Of a stretch of DNA of 64,000 nucleotides, positions 27,606 through 37,606 are shown piece by piece. The DNA comes from Gemmatimonadales bacterium (GTDB lineage Bacteria; Gemmatimonadota; Gemmatimonadetes; Gemmatimonadales; GWC2-71-9). The position numbers and the translations under genes are program-made. The stretch spans positions 82,532 to 146,531 of the forward strand of contig DASSYA010000005.1 in assembly GCA_035703525.1 (NCBI GenBank), written 5' to 3'. The notes under the pieces are model-generated. The model did not search any database, was not told the DNA's origin, and saw only the letters and a program-made list of their open reading frames with translations. Within the stretch, counting starts at the first letter, position 1. The number at the start of each line of letters is the position of its first letter.

Positions 27606-30600
27606 GTGTCCAATTACGCCGACGTGACCGGTAAGTTTCAAGGTGGGACATCCACCCCTGCAGGCTCCGGCCTCTCGGCCTGGTTGGCCGTGGGGGCCGT
27701 CGTGATGCTGGTGGGTGAGGTCGCGTCGGCGCCGTCGTGGCCGCTGTTGGGATTGGGGGCGCTTGTCGCCCTGCTGGTGGCGGGATGGTCCTGGCGAGGC
27801 GGCTCGCCGAGCCGGTTCGGGGTGAGCGTGGCGCTCACCGTGATGGGAATGCTCCTCGCGACCGCGTCATTCCGGCTCTGGCAGCTCGCGGCGACCCCGG
27901 ACCGTTCGGTGCGCACGGCCTCGTCGGCCGTCGTCCAGGAACGCGATCGGTTGCTCGCGACGACGGTTGCGGGTGCCCGCCAGGCGGCGAGATATGCCCT
28001 GGACCGCGCCGCCAATGTCCCGGCTGGTCAGGTGCAGGATCTCGATGATCTCCTCGTCAGCAGCGACCTGGAGCTCGGCGTGGTGGTGCTCGGCGGTGAC
28101 ACCGTGATCGCCGTGGGTGGGGCACAGCGGACTCAGCCGATCGCCGAGGGGGTGGCAGCCGCCGTGGTCACGACGCCCTTCGTCCGGAGTCTGGTGGTGA
28201 CGGAACATCGGTCGCAGCGCGAGGCCCAGGTTGCCATCCTGCTCGATGCCTCCCCCGCAGTCCCGGTCGCCGGCCCCTCCCTCGCGACACGGTCGGGGTC
28301 GATCGGGTGGCACTGGGACAGCATGCCGCCGATCTCGACGTTCACCTCCCTCGCTGACGCCCGGGTTGCGGTGCAACGGGTGATGCGTCCGGCACCGCCG
28401 GCGGTCTCGGATCTTCGCCATCGCGAGGCGGCTCGTGCCAGATGGCTGGCCCTGACCGGTGTGCTGATCATCGCCGTGATTGCGCTTGCTTCGGGAGCGC
28501 CCGCGCTCGTTCGGCTCGGAGCGATGGTCCTGCCGCTCTGGGTCCTCGACCGCACGGGGCTGGTGCCCCCGGTCGTCGGGGGATTCGCCCTCAAGGCGCT
28601 GTTGATCGGGGTGGCGCTCCTCCTGCTCGCGGTGGCGCTCTGGCGCACACCCGCCCGGCGGAATCGCCTGGGCCTCATCGCCGCCGCCATCCTGCTCGCC
28701 ATGGCTCCGTTGCTGGTGATTGCCGCTGCCAGCCGACTCTCTCCACCCGCCGAGCCGGGAACCATGCTCACCTGGTTCGCGTGGCAGGCCGTGCTCGCAC
28801 TGGGGACGGCGGCGTACATGCTGCTCGCGGCTGCGCCGCTCCGTGGGGCCGACGATGCGGCGGCCTCAGGCCGGACGGCATGGCTGGCGACCGGAGTGGC
28901 TGTCCTGGTCGGGACGCTGGGGATCCTGGCCTGGCGTCCGGCCGCCCACCCGGGGGGAGTCGGCTGGCCGCTGTGGTATCTCCCCCTCTGGCTGCTCCCG
29001 GTCGGCCTGCTCCTGGCGGTGACCTCGCCGAGCGCTCGCCGGATCGCGATCACGACCACTGCGGTGGTGCTCGCGGTGCTCGCGGCGTGGGGTGCGTCGC
29101 TGGAGCAGCGGATCGCCGCCGCCAATGCAGACCTTGACGCGCTGGCGCTCCCGGTGGACTCGCTGGTGGAACAGCCCCTCCGCCAGCTCGCCGATTCGAT
29201 CCGTGCCCGGGATGTCCACCTCCTCCCCGACCTGTACGCGACGTGGCACGCCTCGGCGGTGCACGACCTCGACATTCCGACGCAACTCGCGATCTGGAGT
29301 GACAGCGCCGTGCGTGGCTGGGTGGCGCTGGACTCGCTGGCGGTGAGCTGGGACGACCTCAAGCGCCTGGTGGTGGAGGACCGCGGCACCGCAGACATCG
29401 TCTCGCTGGCGCGAGGTGCCGGACGTCACCATGTCCTGATCGTCCCCGTGGATCCGACCACCACGGTGACCGTCGTGGTCGGACCGAGATCGCGACTGGT
29501 TCGACCGACGCGGTTCGGTCGTCTGGTCGGCTGGCGATCACCCGCCGAACCGGCGTACCAGCTCACCAGCCCGGCCGCCGCACCCGACGTGGTTGCCAGC
29601 GCGTTCGTCCGGCGAGAGCGGTTCGTCCGCGCCGATCGACTGGTCCGAGCGGGAGATGCGCCCCGCGTGGTCCGGGCGACGATCACGATGTCGACTCCCC
29701 AGCCGTTCCTCATTCGTGCCGCGCTGATCGTGTTGCTGGACATCCTCCTCGTGCTGCTCGCGTGGGGGGGGGTCCATCGGATGATGGGGGCGATGCACGG
29801 GCCGGCGACCGCGGTGTTCCGGCGGTCGTACCAGCGCACCGTGGTCACCGCCCTGATCTCGTTCTTCGTGGTGCCTGCGGCGTTCTTCGCCGTGTGGTCC
29901 GCGCTGCGCCTCCGGCAGGAGGTCTCGCGGTCGCGCGCGGCCGACGCGAGTCGGGCCCTGATCTCCCTCGCCGACGACCCGGCGCTCGCAGCGCCGCGCA
30001 CCGGCCAGCCCACCCCCATCGACCTGGCGCTGATTGCCGACCGGGCCGGCGCCGAGTTCGGGCTCTACCGCCACGGGCGCCTCGTGGCCGGTTCGCTCGC
30101 CTTGATCGCGGATCTCGGCGTGCTCGCCCCGGTGCTCGATCCTGCCTTGTTGTCGGGGGGGGGGACGGAACCGCCGCCGCTCGCCCGTCCGATGCCCGAT
30201 GCCGATGTCCGCCTCTCGGCCGAGCGGCTCGATGACGAGGTTGCCATCGCGGCCGCGCTGCCAGGGGTGGACGTCCAGCTGGCCCGGGGGCAGGTCGATC
30301 TCGCCCTGCTCCTGCTCCTTGCGTCCCTCGGTGGCACCCTTGCGGCCCTCCTCGTCGCCCGGGCCGTCGCCCGGGCGCTCGGTCAGCCGATCGAACTGCT
30401 CCGCCAACGGGCGATCGCCATCGGCCGTCGACAGCCGGCGCCCCCGCTCCGACTGCCGCCGACCGAGTTCCAACCGGTGTTCGAGGCGATCAACCAGATG
30501 GAACGGGACCTCGGCGAGAGCGAGGCCCGCCTGGAGGAGGAGACCGCACGGACGGCACGCGTGGTGGCCTGGGGAGAGATGGCACGACAAGTCGCCCACG

Positions 30601-31232
30601 AGATCAAGAATCCGCTCACCCCGATGCGGCTCGGCTTGCAGCACCTTCGCCGGCTCGGGGCCGACGGACGTCCGGATCTGCCCGCCCAGGTCGATGCCAC
30701 CGTGGAACGGTTGCTGGTCGAGATCGATCGACTGGACCGGATTGCCCGCGCGTTTGCGCGCTTTGGTGCCCCCCAGCCGAGCGAGCGTGAGCCGTTGGCT
30801 GCCGTCGAGCTCCATGAGGTGGTGGGCGAGATCACCCAGCTCTTCACCCTCGGTGGCACGGGGCCGCAGGTGCGCGGGCCGGGTGAGGGACGGATGACGG
30901 TCTCGGCACGCCGTGAGGAGCTGGTGCAGGTGTTGCTGAACCTGGTCGACAACGCCCGGCAGGCCGGGGCACACCACATCGATGTCGAGGTCGGGCCGAG
31001 CGAGCTTCGCGTCCGGGATGACGGCCACGGGATGTCGGCGGAACAACTGGGTCGGATCTTCGAGCCCGCCTTTTCGACCACGACCAGTGGGACCGGGCTC
31101 GGGCTCGCCATTGTCCGGCGGATGGTCGAGGGGTGGGGTGCCTCGATCTCCGTGGCGAGCACGGAAGGGGTCGGGACTTCGTTCACCATCCGCTTCGCTG
31201 GCGCCTCAACCGCCGGAGGCTCACCCGCGTAG
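27606..31232 (+). CDS. Very large multi-pass sensor histidine kinase (NtrY-like HAMP-HisKA-HATPase C-terminus)
   Basis: 1208 aa. More than 10 hydrophobic segments in the first ~900 aa, a HAMP-like linker, H-box 'HEIKNPLTPM', N-box 'LLNLVDNARQA', 'VRDDGHGM' and 'GTGLGLAIV'. The start codon (GTG 27606) is uncertain. Confidence 0.85.
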   Translation: MSNYADVTGKFQGGTSTPAGSGLSAWLAVGAVVMLVGEVASAPSWPLLGLGALVALLVAGWSWRGGSPSRFGVSVALTVMGMLLATASFRLWQLAATPDRSVRTASSAVVQERDRLLATTVAGARQAARYALDRAANVPAGQVQDLDDLLVSSDLELGVVVLGGDTVIAVGGAQRTQPIAEGVAAAVVTTPFVRSLVVTEHRSQREAQVAILLDASPAVPVAGPSLATRSGSIGWHWDSMPPISTFTSLADARVAVQRVMRPAPPAVSDLRHREAARARWLALTGVLIIAVIALASGAPALVRLGAMVLPLWVLDRTGLVPPVVGGFALKALLIGVALLLLAVALWRTPARRNRLGLIAAAILLAMAPLLVIAAASRLSPPAEPGTMLTWFAWQAVLALGTAAYMLLAAAPLRGADDAAASGRTAWLATGVAVLVGTLGILAWRPAAHPGGVGWPLWYLPLWLLPVGLLLAVTSPSARRIAITTTAVVLAVLAAWGASLEQRIAAANADLDALALPVDSLVEQPLRQLADSIRARDVHLLPDLYATWHASAVHDLDIPTQLAIWSDSAVRGWVALDSLAVSWDDLKRLVVEDRGTADIVSLARGAGRHHVLIVPVDPTTTVTVVVGPRSRLVRPTRFGRLVGWRSPAEPAYQLTSPAAAPDVVASAFVRRERFVRADRLVRAGDAPRVVRATITMSTPQPFLIRAALIVLLDILLVLLAWGGVHRMMGAMHGPATAVFRRSYQRTVVTALISFFVVPAAFFAVWSALRLRQEVSRSRAADASRALISLADDPALAAPRTGQPTPIDLALIADRAGAEFGLYRHGRLVAGSLALIADLGVLAPVLDPALLSGGGTEPPPLARPMPDADVRLSAERLDDEVAIAAALPGVDVQLARGQVDLALLLLLASLGGTLAALLVARAVARALGQPIELLRQRAIAIGRRQPAPPLRLPPTEFQPVFEAINQMERDLGESEARLEEETARTARVVAWGEMARQVAHEIKNPLTPMRLGLQHLRRLGADGRPDLPAQVDATVERLLVEIDRLDRIARAFARFGAPQPSEREPLAAVELHEVVGEITQLFTLGGTGPQVRGPGEGRMTVSARREELVQVLLNLVDNARQAGAHHIDVEVGPSELRVRDDGHGMSAEQLGRIFEPAFSTTTSGTGLGLAIVRRMVEGWGASISVASTEGVGTSFTIRFAGASTAGGSPA

Positions 31233-31303
31233 AGAACGGTGAACCGTCTGGCGTCCGATTCCCGGGCGATCCGGCCGGTCGTCACACCTTCCGGAGATGG
31301 ATC

Positions 31304-31708
31304 ATGAAGGCTCGTCTGGCAGTTCTCTCGTCGTTGGCGCTCCTGGCTGCCCCGCTTGCGGCTCAGGGTGGTGGTGGCGGCATGCGTGGCAACCCGATGG
31401 CGATGCTCGAGGTCCCGGCAACGGGGACCCTCACCGAACAACTGACGCTCACCCCCGAGCAGGTCACCAAGGTCACCGCCCTGGCCGCGGCCTACGACAG
31501 CAACACGGTCAAGGACCGGGCGGCCGTGGCCAAGCTGCTCGAGGCCGGCGACATGCAGGCGCTCCGCGGCAACGAGTCGTTCACCAAGGTGCGCGAGGCC
31601 CGGACCAAGTTCGCGACCGACCTCAAGGCACTCCTGACTCCCGCTCAGGTCGCCAAGTACGATGAGCTCTATCCGGCTCGCGGCGGACGCCGCCCCGGCG
31701 GCAATTGA
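31304..31708 (+). CDS. Periplasmic Spy/CpxP-like LTXXQ-motif protein
   Basis: ATG at 31304. Signal peptide MKARLAVLSSLALLAAPLAAQ, two LTxxQ motifs (LTPEQVTKV; LTPAQVAKY), helical low-complexity composition. Confidence 0.6.
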   Translation: MKARLAVLSSLALLAAPLAAQGGGGGMRGNPMAMLEVPATGTLTEQLTLTPEQVTKVTALAAAYDSNTVKDRAAVAKLLEAGDMQALRGNESFTKVREARTKFATDLKALLTPAQVAKYDELYPARGGRRPGGN

Positions 31709-32271
31709 TGCACTCCCCTCGCGGCGGCGCGGTGTGGTTGAGCCTCGCCGTCGCGCTGGGGTGTTCGACACCGGCGGCCGATCGTTCCGATCCCGGCGCA
31801 CCTCCCGCCGACCAGCCCTCCTCCGTCGCGCGGCCGACGTCCCTCGCCGACATCCCACCGGGGGACACCCTCGGACTGGTCCGGCTGATGGAATCGTTGA
31901 TGGCCGATGGCGACGGTGCGCTCGCGCTGAGCGTGCGCCGGGACACGACGGTACCGGCGGTGCTGGTCGATCAGCCGCGGACACTCTCCCTCTGGCTCTA
32001 CGACGACCACCCGGTCAAGCTGGTGGCAAGCGAGACCGACGCCGAGGGTCGGATGACGGCGGAGACCCGGGTCTGGTTTCATGGTGGGGAGGTCTCGGTC
32101 GTCCAGGCGCCGTTCTCGCTCCATCTCTTCGATGGCGATCGCCTGGTCCTGACGACCGATGAAGGGATGATGCCGCTCGAGCCCACCGATCAGGTCCGGA
32201 TGCAACTCGAGCGCCGCATCATCGATTCGGTCAAGGCGCGGCTCGCCGTTTTCGGCGTCGCCTACCCCTAG
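31705..32271 (+). CDS. Hypothetical lipoprotein
   Basis: ATGA overlap with the previous gene. A lipobox-like 'LAVALGCS' follows a basic N-terminus. No family recognised. Confidence 0.5.
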   Translation: MMHSPRGGAVWLSLAVALGCSTPAADRSDPGAPPADQPSSVARPTSLADIPPGDTLGLVRLMESLMADGDGALALSVRRDTTVPAVLVDQPRTLSLWLYDDHPVKLVASETDAEGRMTAETRVWFHGGEVSVVQAPFSLHLFDGDRLVLTTDEGMMPLEPTDQVRMQLERRIIDSVKARLAVFGVAYP

Positions 32272-32289
32272 CCAGCCGGGAGATCATCG

Positions 32290-33327
32290 ATGCGTGCGAT
32301 CGGCTACGATGCATTCGCTGGTCCCCTCACCCTGCGCACTGTCGCTGATCCGATGCCACCGGACGACGGTGTCGTGATCCGGGTCGCGGCCACCGGCATC
32401 TGCCGGAGTGACTGGCACGGGTGGCAGGGACATGATCCGGACATCACGGCCTTTCCCCACATCCCCGGTCACGAGTTCGCCGGCACGATCGCAGCCGTCG
32501 GTCGCGAGGTGGACGGCTGGCAGGTCGGTGCGCGCGTGACCGTGCCGTTTGTGTGTGGGTGCGGTCAGTGCACACCCTGCCTCCGGGGCGATCAGCAGGT
32601 CTGCCTCCACCAGACGCAGCCAGGATTCACGCATTGGGGATCGTTCGCCGAGCTGGTGGTGGTTCACCACGCGACGACCAACCTGGTGGCGCTCCCCGAG
32701 ACGATCTCGATGACCACCGCCGCCTCGCTCGGCTGTCGATTTGCCACGTCCTTTCGCGCCATCACGGTCCAGGGACGGGTGCGCGAGGACCAATGGGTGG
32801 CCATCCACGGGACGGGCGGGGTCGGACTCTCGGCGGTGATGATCGCCGCCGCGCTCGGGGCGCGAGTCATTGCCATCGATGTCGATCCGATCGCACTCGC
32901 ACGTGCCACCGATCTGGGCGCCGAGCACCTCGTCCGCGCGGACCAGGTCGATGTGGTCAGCACGATTCGTGAGGTGACGGACGGCGGGGCAGATGTGAGT
33001 CTCGACACCTTGGGCTCGACCGCGACAGCCACCAACAGCGTGGCGTGCCTCCGAGTCCAGGGACGTCACGTCCAGGTCGGCCTGCTTGCCGGGATCGATC
33101 GTCGACCGCCGATGCCGATGGAACTGGTCATTGCGCGCGAACTGGAGCTGGTCGGCTCACACGGCATGGCAGCGCATCACTATCCGGCGATGCTGGCGAT
33201 GATCGCCGATGGGCGGCTGGCTCCTGAACGACTCATCGCGCGCACGGTACCGCTCGAACAGGCGCCGACGGAGCTGATCGCCCTCGGCGAGCGCGGGGCC
33301 GGGGGGATGGTGGTCGTCGTGATGTGA
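32290..33327 (+). CDS. Zinc-dependent alcohol dehydrogenase (MDR superfamily)
   Basis: 'GICRSDWHGW', 'GHEFAGTIAAVG', structural-zinc Cys cluster 'CGCGQCTPCLRGDQQVC' and Rossmann 'IHGTGGVGLSAV'. Confidence 0.9.
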   Translation: MRAIGYDAFAGPLTLRTVADPMPPDDGVVIRVAATGICRSDWHGWQGHDPDITAFPHIPGHEFAGTIAAVGREVDGWQVGARVTVPFVCGCGQCTPCLRGDQQVCLHQTQPGFTHWGSFAELVVVHHATTNLVALPETISMTTAASLGCRFATSFRAITVQGRVREDQWVAIHGTGGVGLSAVMIAAALGARVIAIDVDPIALARATDLGAEHLVRADQVDVVSTIREVTDGGADVSLDTLGSTATATNSVACLRVQGRHVQVGLLAGIDRRPPMPMELVIARELELVGSHGMAAHHYPAMLAMIADGRLAPERLIARTVPLEQAPTELIALGERGAGGMVVVVM

Positions 33328-33464
33328 CGTGAAGTGAGCCGGGAGACACGAGAAAGGAGACACGAGAAAGGAGGACGCAGAATCGATCGGCCATGGATCG
33401 CACAGCGTGTCAACTCGCTTCTCGCTGTTCGTCGCTCGGCTCTCACCGCTCGTTTCTCGTTCCC
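33324..33464. repeat. Heptad-repeat hairpin element H3 (imperfect)
   Basis: The left arm gtgacgtgaagtgag...gagacacgagaaag x2 is partly complementary to the right arm cgcttctcg...ctctcaccgctcgtttctcgttccc. Pairing is weaker than in H1/H2/H4. Confidence 0.4.
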
Positions 33465-33533
33465 GCGCAATTCCGCATCGCTGTGCGCGCTCCGGTACCC
33501 CTGGGGAGCCGACCTGCCCCCGATCATTGCGTC

Positions 33534-35066
33534 ATGCTCGCTCGCATCCGTTCCGCTACCGTGCTCGGTGTCGATGCCCTCGCGGTCGACGTCGAGATCG
33601 ACATTGCCAACGGGCTCCCCTCGTTCACGACGGTCGGCCTCCCGCTCGGCGCGGTGAAGGAGGGGCGTGAGCGTGTCGCGGCCGCGCTCGGCAATAGCGG
33701 CTACCAGCTCCCGCTCAGGCGGATCACCGTCAACCTCGCACCGGCCGATGTGCAGAAGCGCGGCGCGGCGTTCGACCTGCCGATCGCCATCGGGCTCCTC
33801 ACCGCCAGCGGTCAACTGGACACGCCCCCACTCGATCGCACCCTGCTGATGGGTGAGCTTGGACTCGAGGGCGATCTCCGACCGATCCGGGGCGCGCTCC
33901 CGGTTGCGCTCGCCGCGCGCGGCATGGGTTGCACCGAGCTCATCCTGCCCGCCGCCAACGTCGCGGAAGCGGCGGTAGTCGCGGGCGTGACGGTGCGGGG
34001 CGCGACAACCCTGGCGCAGGTGGCGGGGCATCTGGCGGGATCCGAGTCGTTGCCCTCCGAGCTGTCCGACCCGGAGTCGTTGCTGGGTCACGCACTGACG
34101 GATACTGCCGACTTCCGCGATGTAAAGGCCCAGGGGGCGGCGAAGCGGGCGCTCGAGGTCGCCGCCGCTGGGGCCCACAATGTGCTGATGATCGGTCCGC
34201 CCGGAACCGGCAAGACGATGCTCGCCCGTCGATTGCCGGGCATCCTGCCGTCGCTCTCGTTGGCCGAGGCGCTGGATGTCACACGGATTCATTCTGTCGC
34301 CGGATTGCTCCCGGCCGGGAAGGCGCTGGTGACCACGCGTCCGTTCCGGGCTCCGCATCACACCGTGAGCTACGCCGGCCTCATCGGTGGTGGCTCGATC
34401 CCGCGACCCGGCGAGGTGTCGCTGGCACATCATGGTGTGCTCTTCCTCGACGAAGTGGCGGAGCTTCCCCCCCACGTGCTGGAGGTGCTCCGGCAACCAC
34501 TCGAGGACGGGGCGGTGACCATCTCTCGCGCGGCGATGACCCTCAGCTATCCGGCACGATTCCTCTTTGTGGCAGCGATGAACCCGTGTCCGTGCGGGCA
34601 CGCTGGCGACCCACAACGCGCGTGCGGCTGTCCACCCCAGACCGTGCAGCGCTATCTCTCGCGGATCAGCGGGCCGCTGCTTGACCGGATGGACATTCAC
34701 CTGACGGTGCCGCCGGTGGCCTATGCCGATCTGTCAGGGAGCGGGCCGAACGAATCGAGCGGGACGATCCGGGCACGAGTCGAGGCGGCGCGGCTTCGCC
34801 AGCTCGAACGGTTTCGGGGCATCGACGGGATGTACGCCAATGCGCACATGGGGCCGCGCGAGCTCGCGAGGTTCGTGAAGATCGACGCCGCGACCGAAGT
34901 CATGCTCCGGCGTGCGATCGAACGGCTCGGCCTCTCGGCCCGGGCCTATCATCGAGTCCTCAAGCTGGCGCGAACGTTGGCCGACCTGACTGGCGACGGG
35001 GAGATCGGTCCCGGGCATGTGGCGGAAGCGGTGCAGTATCGGGTACTGGATCGAAGTGAGACGTGA
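33534..35066 (+). CDS. comM: Mg-chelatase-like AAA+ protein YifB/ComM
   Basis: Start at the ATG at 33534 (MLARIRSATVLGVDALAVDVEIDI...), Lon-like N-domain, Walker A 'GPPGTGKTMLARR', 'GVLFLDEVAE' and a C-terminal Mg-chelatase domain. Confidence 0.9.
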   Translation: MLARIRSATVLGVDALAVDVEIDIANGLPSFTTVGLPLGAVKEGRERVAAALGNSGYQLPLRRITVNLAPADVQKRGAAFDLPIAIGLLTASGQLDTPPLDRTLLMGELGLEGDLRPIRGALPVALAARGMGCTELILPAANVAEAAVVAGVTVRGATTLAQVAGHLAGSESLPSELSDPESLLGHALTDTADFRDVKAQGAAKRALEVAAAGAHNVLMIGPPGTGKTMLARRLPGILPSLSLAEALDVTRIHSVAGLLPAGKALVTTRPFRAPHHTVSYAGLIGGGSIPRPGEVSLAHHGVLFLDEVAELPPHVLEVLRQPLEDGAVTISRAAMTLSYPARFLFVAAMNPCPCGHAGDPQRACGCPPQTVQRYLSRISGPLLDRMDIHLTVPPVAYADLSGSGPNESSGTIRARVEAARLRQLERFRGIDGMYANAHMGPRELARFVKIDAATEVMLRRAIERLGLSARAYHRVLKLARTLADLTGDGEIGPGHVAEAVQYRVLDRSET

Positions 35067-35281
35067 GCATCGCCCGGCGATCTGCCTCAGGACTGGAGCG
35101 GCCGCCGCGACGCCGCCGCGATCGCCTCACTGGCGGGCAACGCTTCGGCCGTCCCCCAGTCCGCCACGATGACGCTGCCGGCGGCCGGTCTCGCGGGCCT
35201 CGCCGCGGCGCCACCCGGGGGAGCGGCACGCCGCCTGAGTCCCGGGACCCACGGCACCCCTCGCAGACTGGTCGGTGCGCT

Positions 35282-35698
35282 TCAGCGTCCCTCATCCACG
35301 GTGAGTTCGAGCACCACATCCCGGGTGGCACCGGCGGGGTCTGTCCCACGCAGTGTGATCCGGTGCCGCGTTCGCGCCGCGCTGGTGTCCACGACCACCC
35401 GGATCTCGCTATCCTCGCGACTGAGGATCATCGGGGGGCGGAACACGAGGACCACGCCGGGCGGGGTGGTGGCCGAGAAGGTGATCGGGTCGTCGAAGCC
35501 CGGCTCTCGCGTCGCGAGGAGTGTCAGCGCCAGGACCTCGCCCTGGCTGATGCGCTGCACGCCGCCTTCGCGGAGTGCGAGCGTGAACCGTGGCACGGGT
35601 GGAGGCGGGGGGGGGATGAGCGATGCCACCGGGGGATTGGTGCACGCGAGGGTGAGCATGCCCACCGCGATCGCCAGCCGCCGCGTCGTGCTAGTCAT
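35282..35698 (-). CDS. Small lipoprotein with Pro-rich linker
   Basis: ATG at 35698 (MTSTTRRLAIAVGMLTLACTN: lipobox), then PPPPPPVP and a beta-rich domain. Overlaps the arfB stop by 8 nt. Confidence 0.5.
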   Translation of the reverse strand: MTSTTRRLAIAVGMLTLACTNPPVASLIPPPPPPVPRFTLALREGGVQRISQGEVLALTLLATREPGFDDPITFSATTPPGVVLVFRPPMILSREDSEIRVVVDTSAARTRHRITLRGTDPAGATRDVVLELTVDEGR

Positions 35699-36122
35699 CG
35701 AGTCTCCTCCGATCCCGCTTGAGTGCCCCACGCGCCTTCTTCTCCTTGAGACGCCGTTCCCTGGACGCCCGGGTCGGCTTGGTCGGCCGACGTACCCGTG
35801 GCACCGCGAGCGCCCGTCGCAGGATGCCGCCCAGCCGCCCAATCGCCGCTTCGCGATTCTGCAACTGGCTCCGCTCCGATTGGGCCACCACCCGGAGTCT
35901 CCCCTCGCCGTGGAGCCGTGCGCCAAGTGTTTCCAGCAGACGTGTCCGCTGGGTCTCGTTCAGGGATGGTGAGTTCGCGATGTCGAACACGATCTCGATC
36001 CGGGTCGAGCTGGTGTTGACGTGTTGTCCCCCGGGACCGCTGCTCCGGGTCGCGCGGACCGTGAGCTCCGCCAGCGGGATCGCGAGTGCGGGCGTGACCT
36101 GGAGGGGATCGGGAAGCGCCAT
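35691..36122 (-). CDS. arfB: Alternative ribosome-rescue factor ArfB (peptidyl-tRNA hydrolase, RF-like GGQ domain)
   Basis: 'SSGPGGQHVNTSSTRIEIVFDI' GGQ motif plus a basic C-terminal tail (RRPTKPTRASRERRLKEKKARGALKRDRR). Size about 140 aa. Confidence 0.85.
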   Translation of the reverse strand: MALPDPLQVTPALAIPLAELTVRATRSSGPGGQHVNTSSTRIEIVFDIANSPSLNETQRTRLLETLGARLHGEGRLRVVAQSERSQLQNREAAIGRLGGILRRALAVPRVRRPTKPTRASRERRLKEKKARGALKRDRRRLDD

Positions 36123-36175
36123 GCTGGATGGTAGCCACCCGGACGTCTCTCCGCGAGGCATGATTAGCTTCCGGT

Positions 36176-36973
36176 ATGCCCGATACGGCCGATCTTTCTG
36201 CCCATCTCGCGTCGCTCGGACGCATGCTGCTGGGGTTCTCCGGCGGGATTGATTCGACGTTCCTTGCCGTCGTCGCCGCCCAGGCCGTCCCGCCGGGACA
36301 CTTTCTCGCCGTGATGGGGGTCTCGCCCTCGCTCGGTGCGGTCCAGCACGCTCATGCCCGTCAGATCGCAGCCGAGCACGGGATTCCGCTCCGCGAGATC
36401 GGGACCGATGAACTCGAGCACCCCGACTACCGAGCCAATCGGCTCGACCGCTGCTACTTCTGCAAGCAGACGCTCTGGCGCCATCTGGACGCGATCCGCG
36501 AGGCGGAGGGTTGGCAGGTGATCATCGACGGCACGAATGCCGATGATCTGGGTGAGCATCGACCCGGTCTCCAGGCCGGTCGCGAGGCCGCGATTCGATC
36601 GCCGCTGGCCGAGCTCGGCTGGCGGAAGTCCGAGATCCGCGAGGCGTCACGCGAATTGGGGATCGAGAGCTGGGATGCACCCGCGGCGCCGTGCCTTGCT
36701 TCTCGACTGACGCCGCACCTGACGGTGACGGCCGATCGTCTCGCCCAGGTCGGTCAGGCGGAGGCGTTCCTGCGGTCGCTCGGGGTCGCCGGCGACCTGC
36801 GAGTGCGGCACCTGGGATTCTCCGCTCGGATCGAGGTGGTCCCGGATCAGTTCGACCTGCTCGACGCGAACTGGTCCGCGATCACGGCACGCCTGGAGGC
36901 GCTCGGCTTCCTGGACACCGTGCGTGATCCGCGCGGGTATCGACGCGGCGCACTCACCACCTCGGGCAGCTGA
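36176..36973 (+). CDS. PP-loop ATP-pyrophosphatase, LarE-like (TIGR00268-type)
   Basis: 'LLGFSGGIDSTFLA' PP-loop, 'CYFCK' and 'PAAPCLASR' Cys motifs typical of the LarE-like family. No other lar genes are nearby. Confidence 0.7.
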   Translation: MPDTADLSAHLASLGRMLLGFSGGIDSTFLAVVAAQAVPPGHFLAVMGVSPSLGAVQHAHARQIAAEHGIPLREIGTDELEHPDYRANRLDRCYFCKQTLWRHLDAIREAEGWQVIIDGTNADDLGEHRPGLQAGREAAIRSPLAELGWRKSEIREASRELGIESWDAPAAPCLASRLTPHLTVTADRLAQVGQAEAFLRSLGVAGDLRVRHLGFSARIEVVPDQFDLLDANWSAITARLEALGFLDTVRDPRGYRRGALTTSGS

Positions 36974-36976
36974 CCC

Positions 36977-37606
36977 GTGCGGTGTCTCGGGCGCGTCATG
37001 GCGCTGTTGTTCCTGCTGGTGGTGTTGGCCGTGGGCTGGCTCTATCGCACGGAGATCACCCGCTATGTGCGCGGCATCGTCGATCCGATCTCGCTGGCGC
37101 GTCGGACCGGCACGCCCTCACCGGACGCCCTGGCGTCGGCCGAGGTCAAGGTGGGGATCCTCGCACGCGAACAGCCGGATTCGGTGCTCCTCACGGCAAG
37201 CGAGTTGGCGTCCCTGCTCAGCCACGGCCACAGCATTCTCGGCTTCCCCGGCCTCGACTCGATCAGCATCGAGCTCGGCGACCGCCGCGTCCGGGTTCGC
37301 ACGATGGTGAACACCGGCGTGCTTCCCGCGCGCATCCTGCAACTCTGGCCCGGTACACCCGCACCGTACGAGGAAGTGATCGCCGAGGGTGGGCTCGCGC
37401 CCGCCCGACCCGGGGTTGCCGAGTGGCAACTGGAGCGCGTGATCGTGCGGGGGATCCCGTTGCCCAGTGATGTTGTCGGTCGGCTGGTCGCGCAGGCGAC
37501 GGGGCAGGGCAGTGATGGGCGCATCACCCTGCCGCTCCCGAAGGACGTGCAGGGTTTCCGTGTCCGTCCCGAGGGTGTGGCGCTCTTCCGGAGCCCGGCC
37601 TCATGA
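36977..37606 (+). CDS. Membrane-anchored hypothetical protein
   Basis: N-terminal TM (VMALLFLLVVLAVGWLY) plus a ~180-aa soluble domain. Its stop overlaps the ATG of the NtrC-family gene (ATGA). Confidence 0.5.
   Translation: MRCLGRVMALLFLLVVLAVGWLYRTEITRYVRGIVDPISLARRTGTPSPDALASAEVKVGILAREQPDSVLLTASELASLLSHGHSILGFPGLDSISIELGDRRVRVRTMVNTGVLPARILQLWPGTPAPYEEVIAEGGLAPARPGVAEWQLERVIVRGIPLPSDVVGRLVAQATGQGSDGRITLPLPKDVQGFRVRPEGVALFRSPAS

Noticed and set aside
35067-35281. Intergenic gaps (also 3127-3359, 4229-4415, 42821-43036) scanned for tRNA or small RNA genes
   Set aside because: No cloverleaf-compatible sequence or conserved tRNA boxes were recognised, only short GC-rich palindromes. I cannot call an RNA gene without a covariance-model scan.
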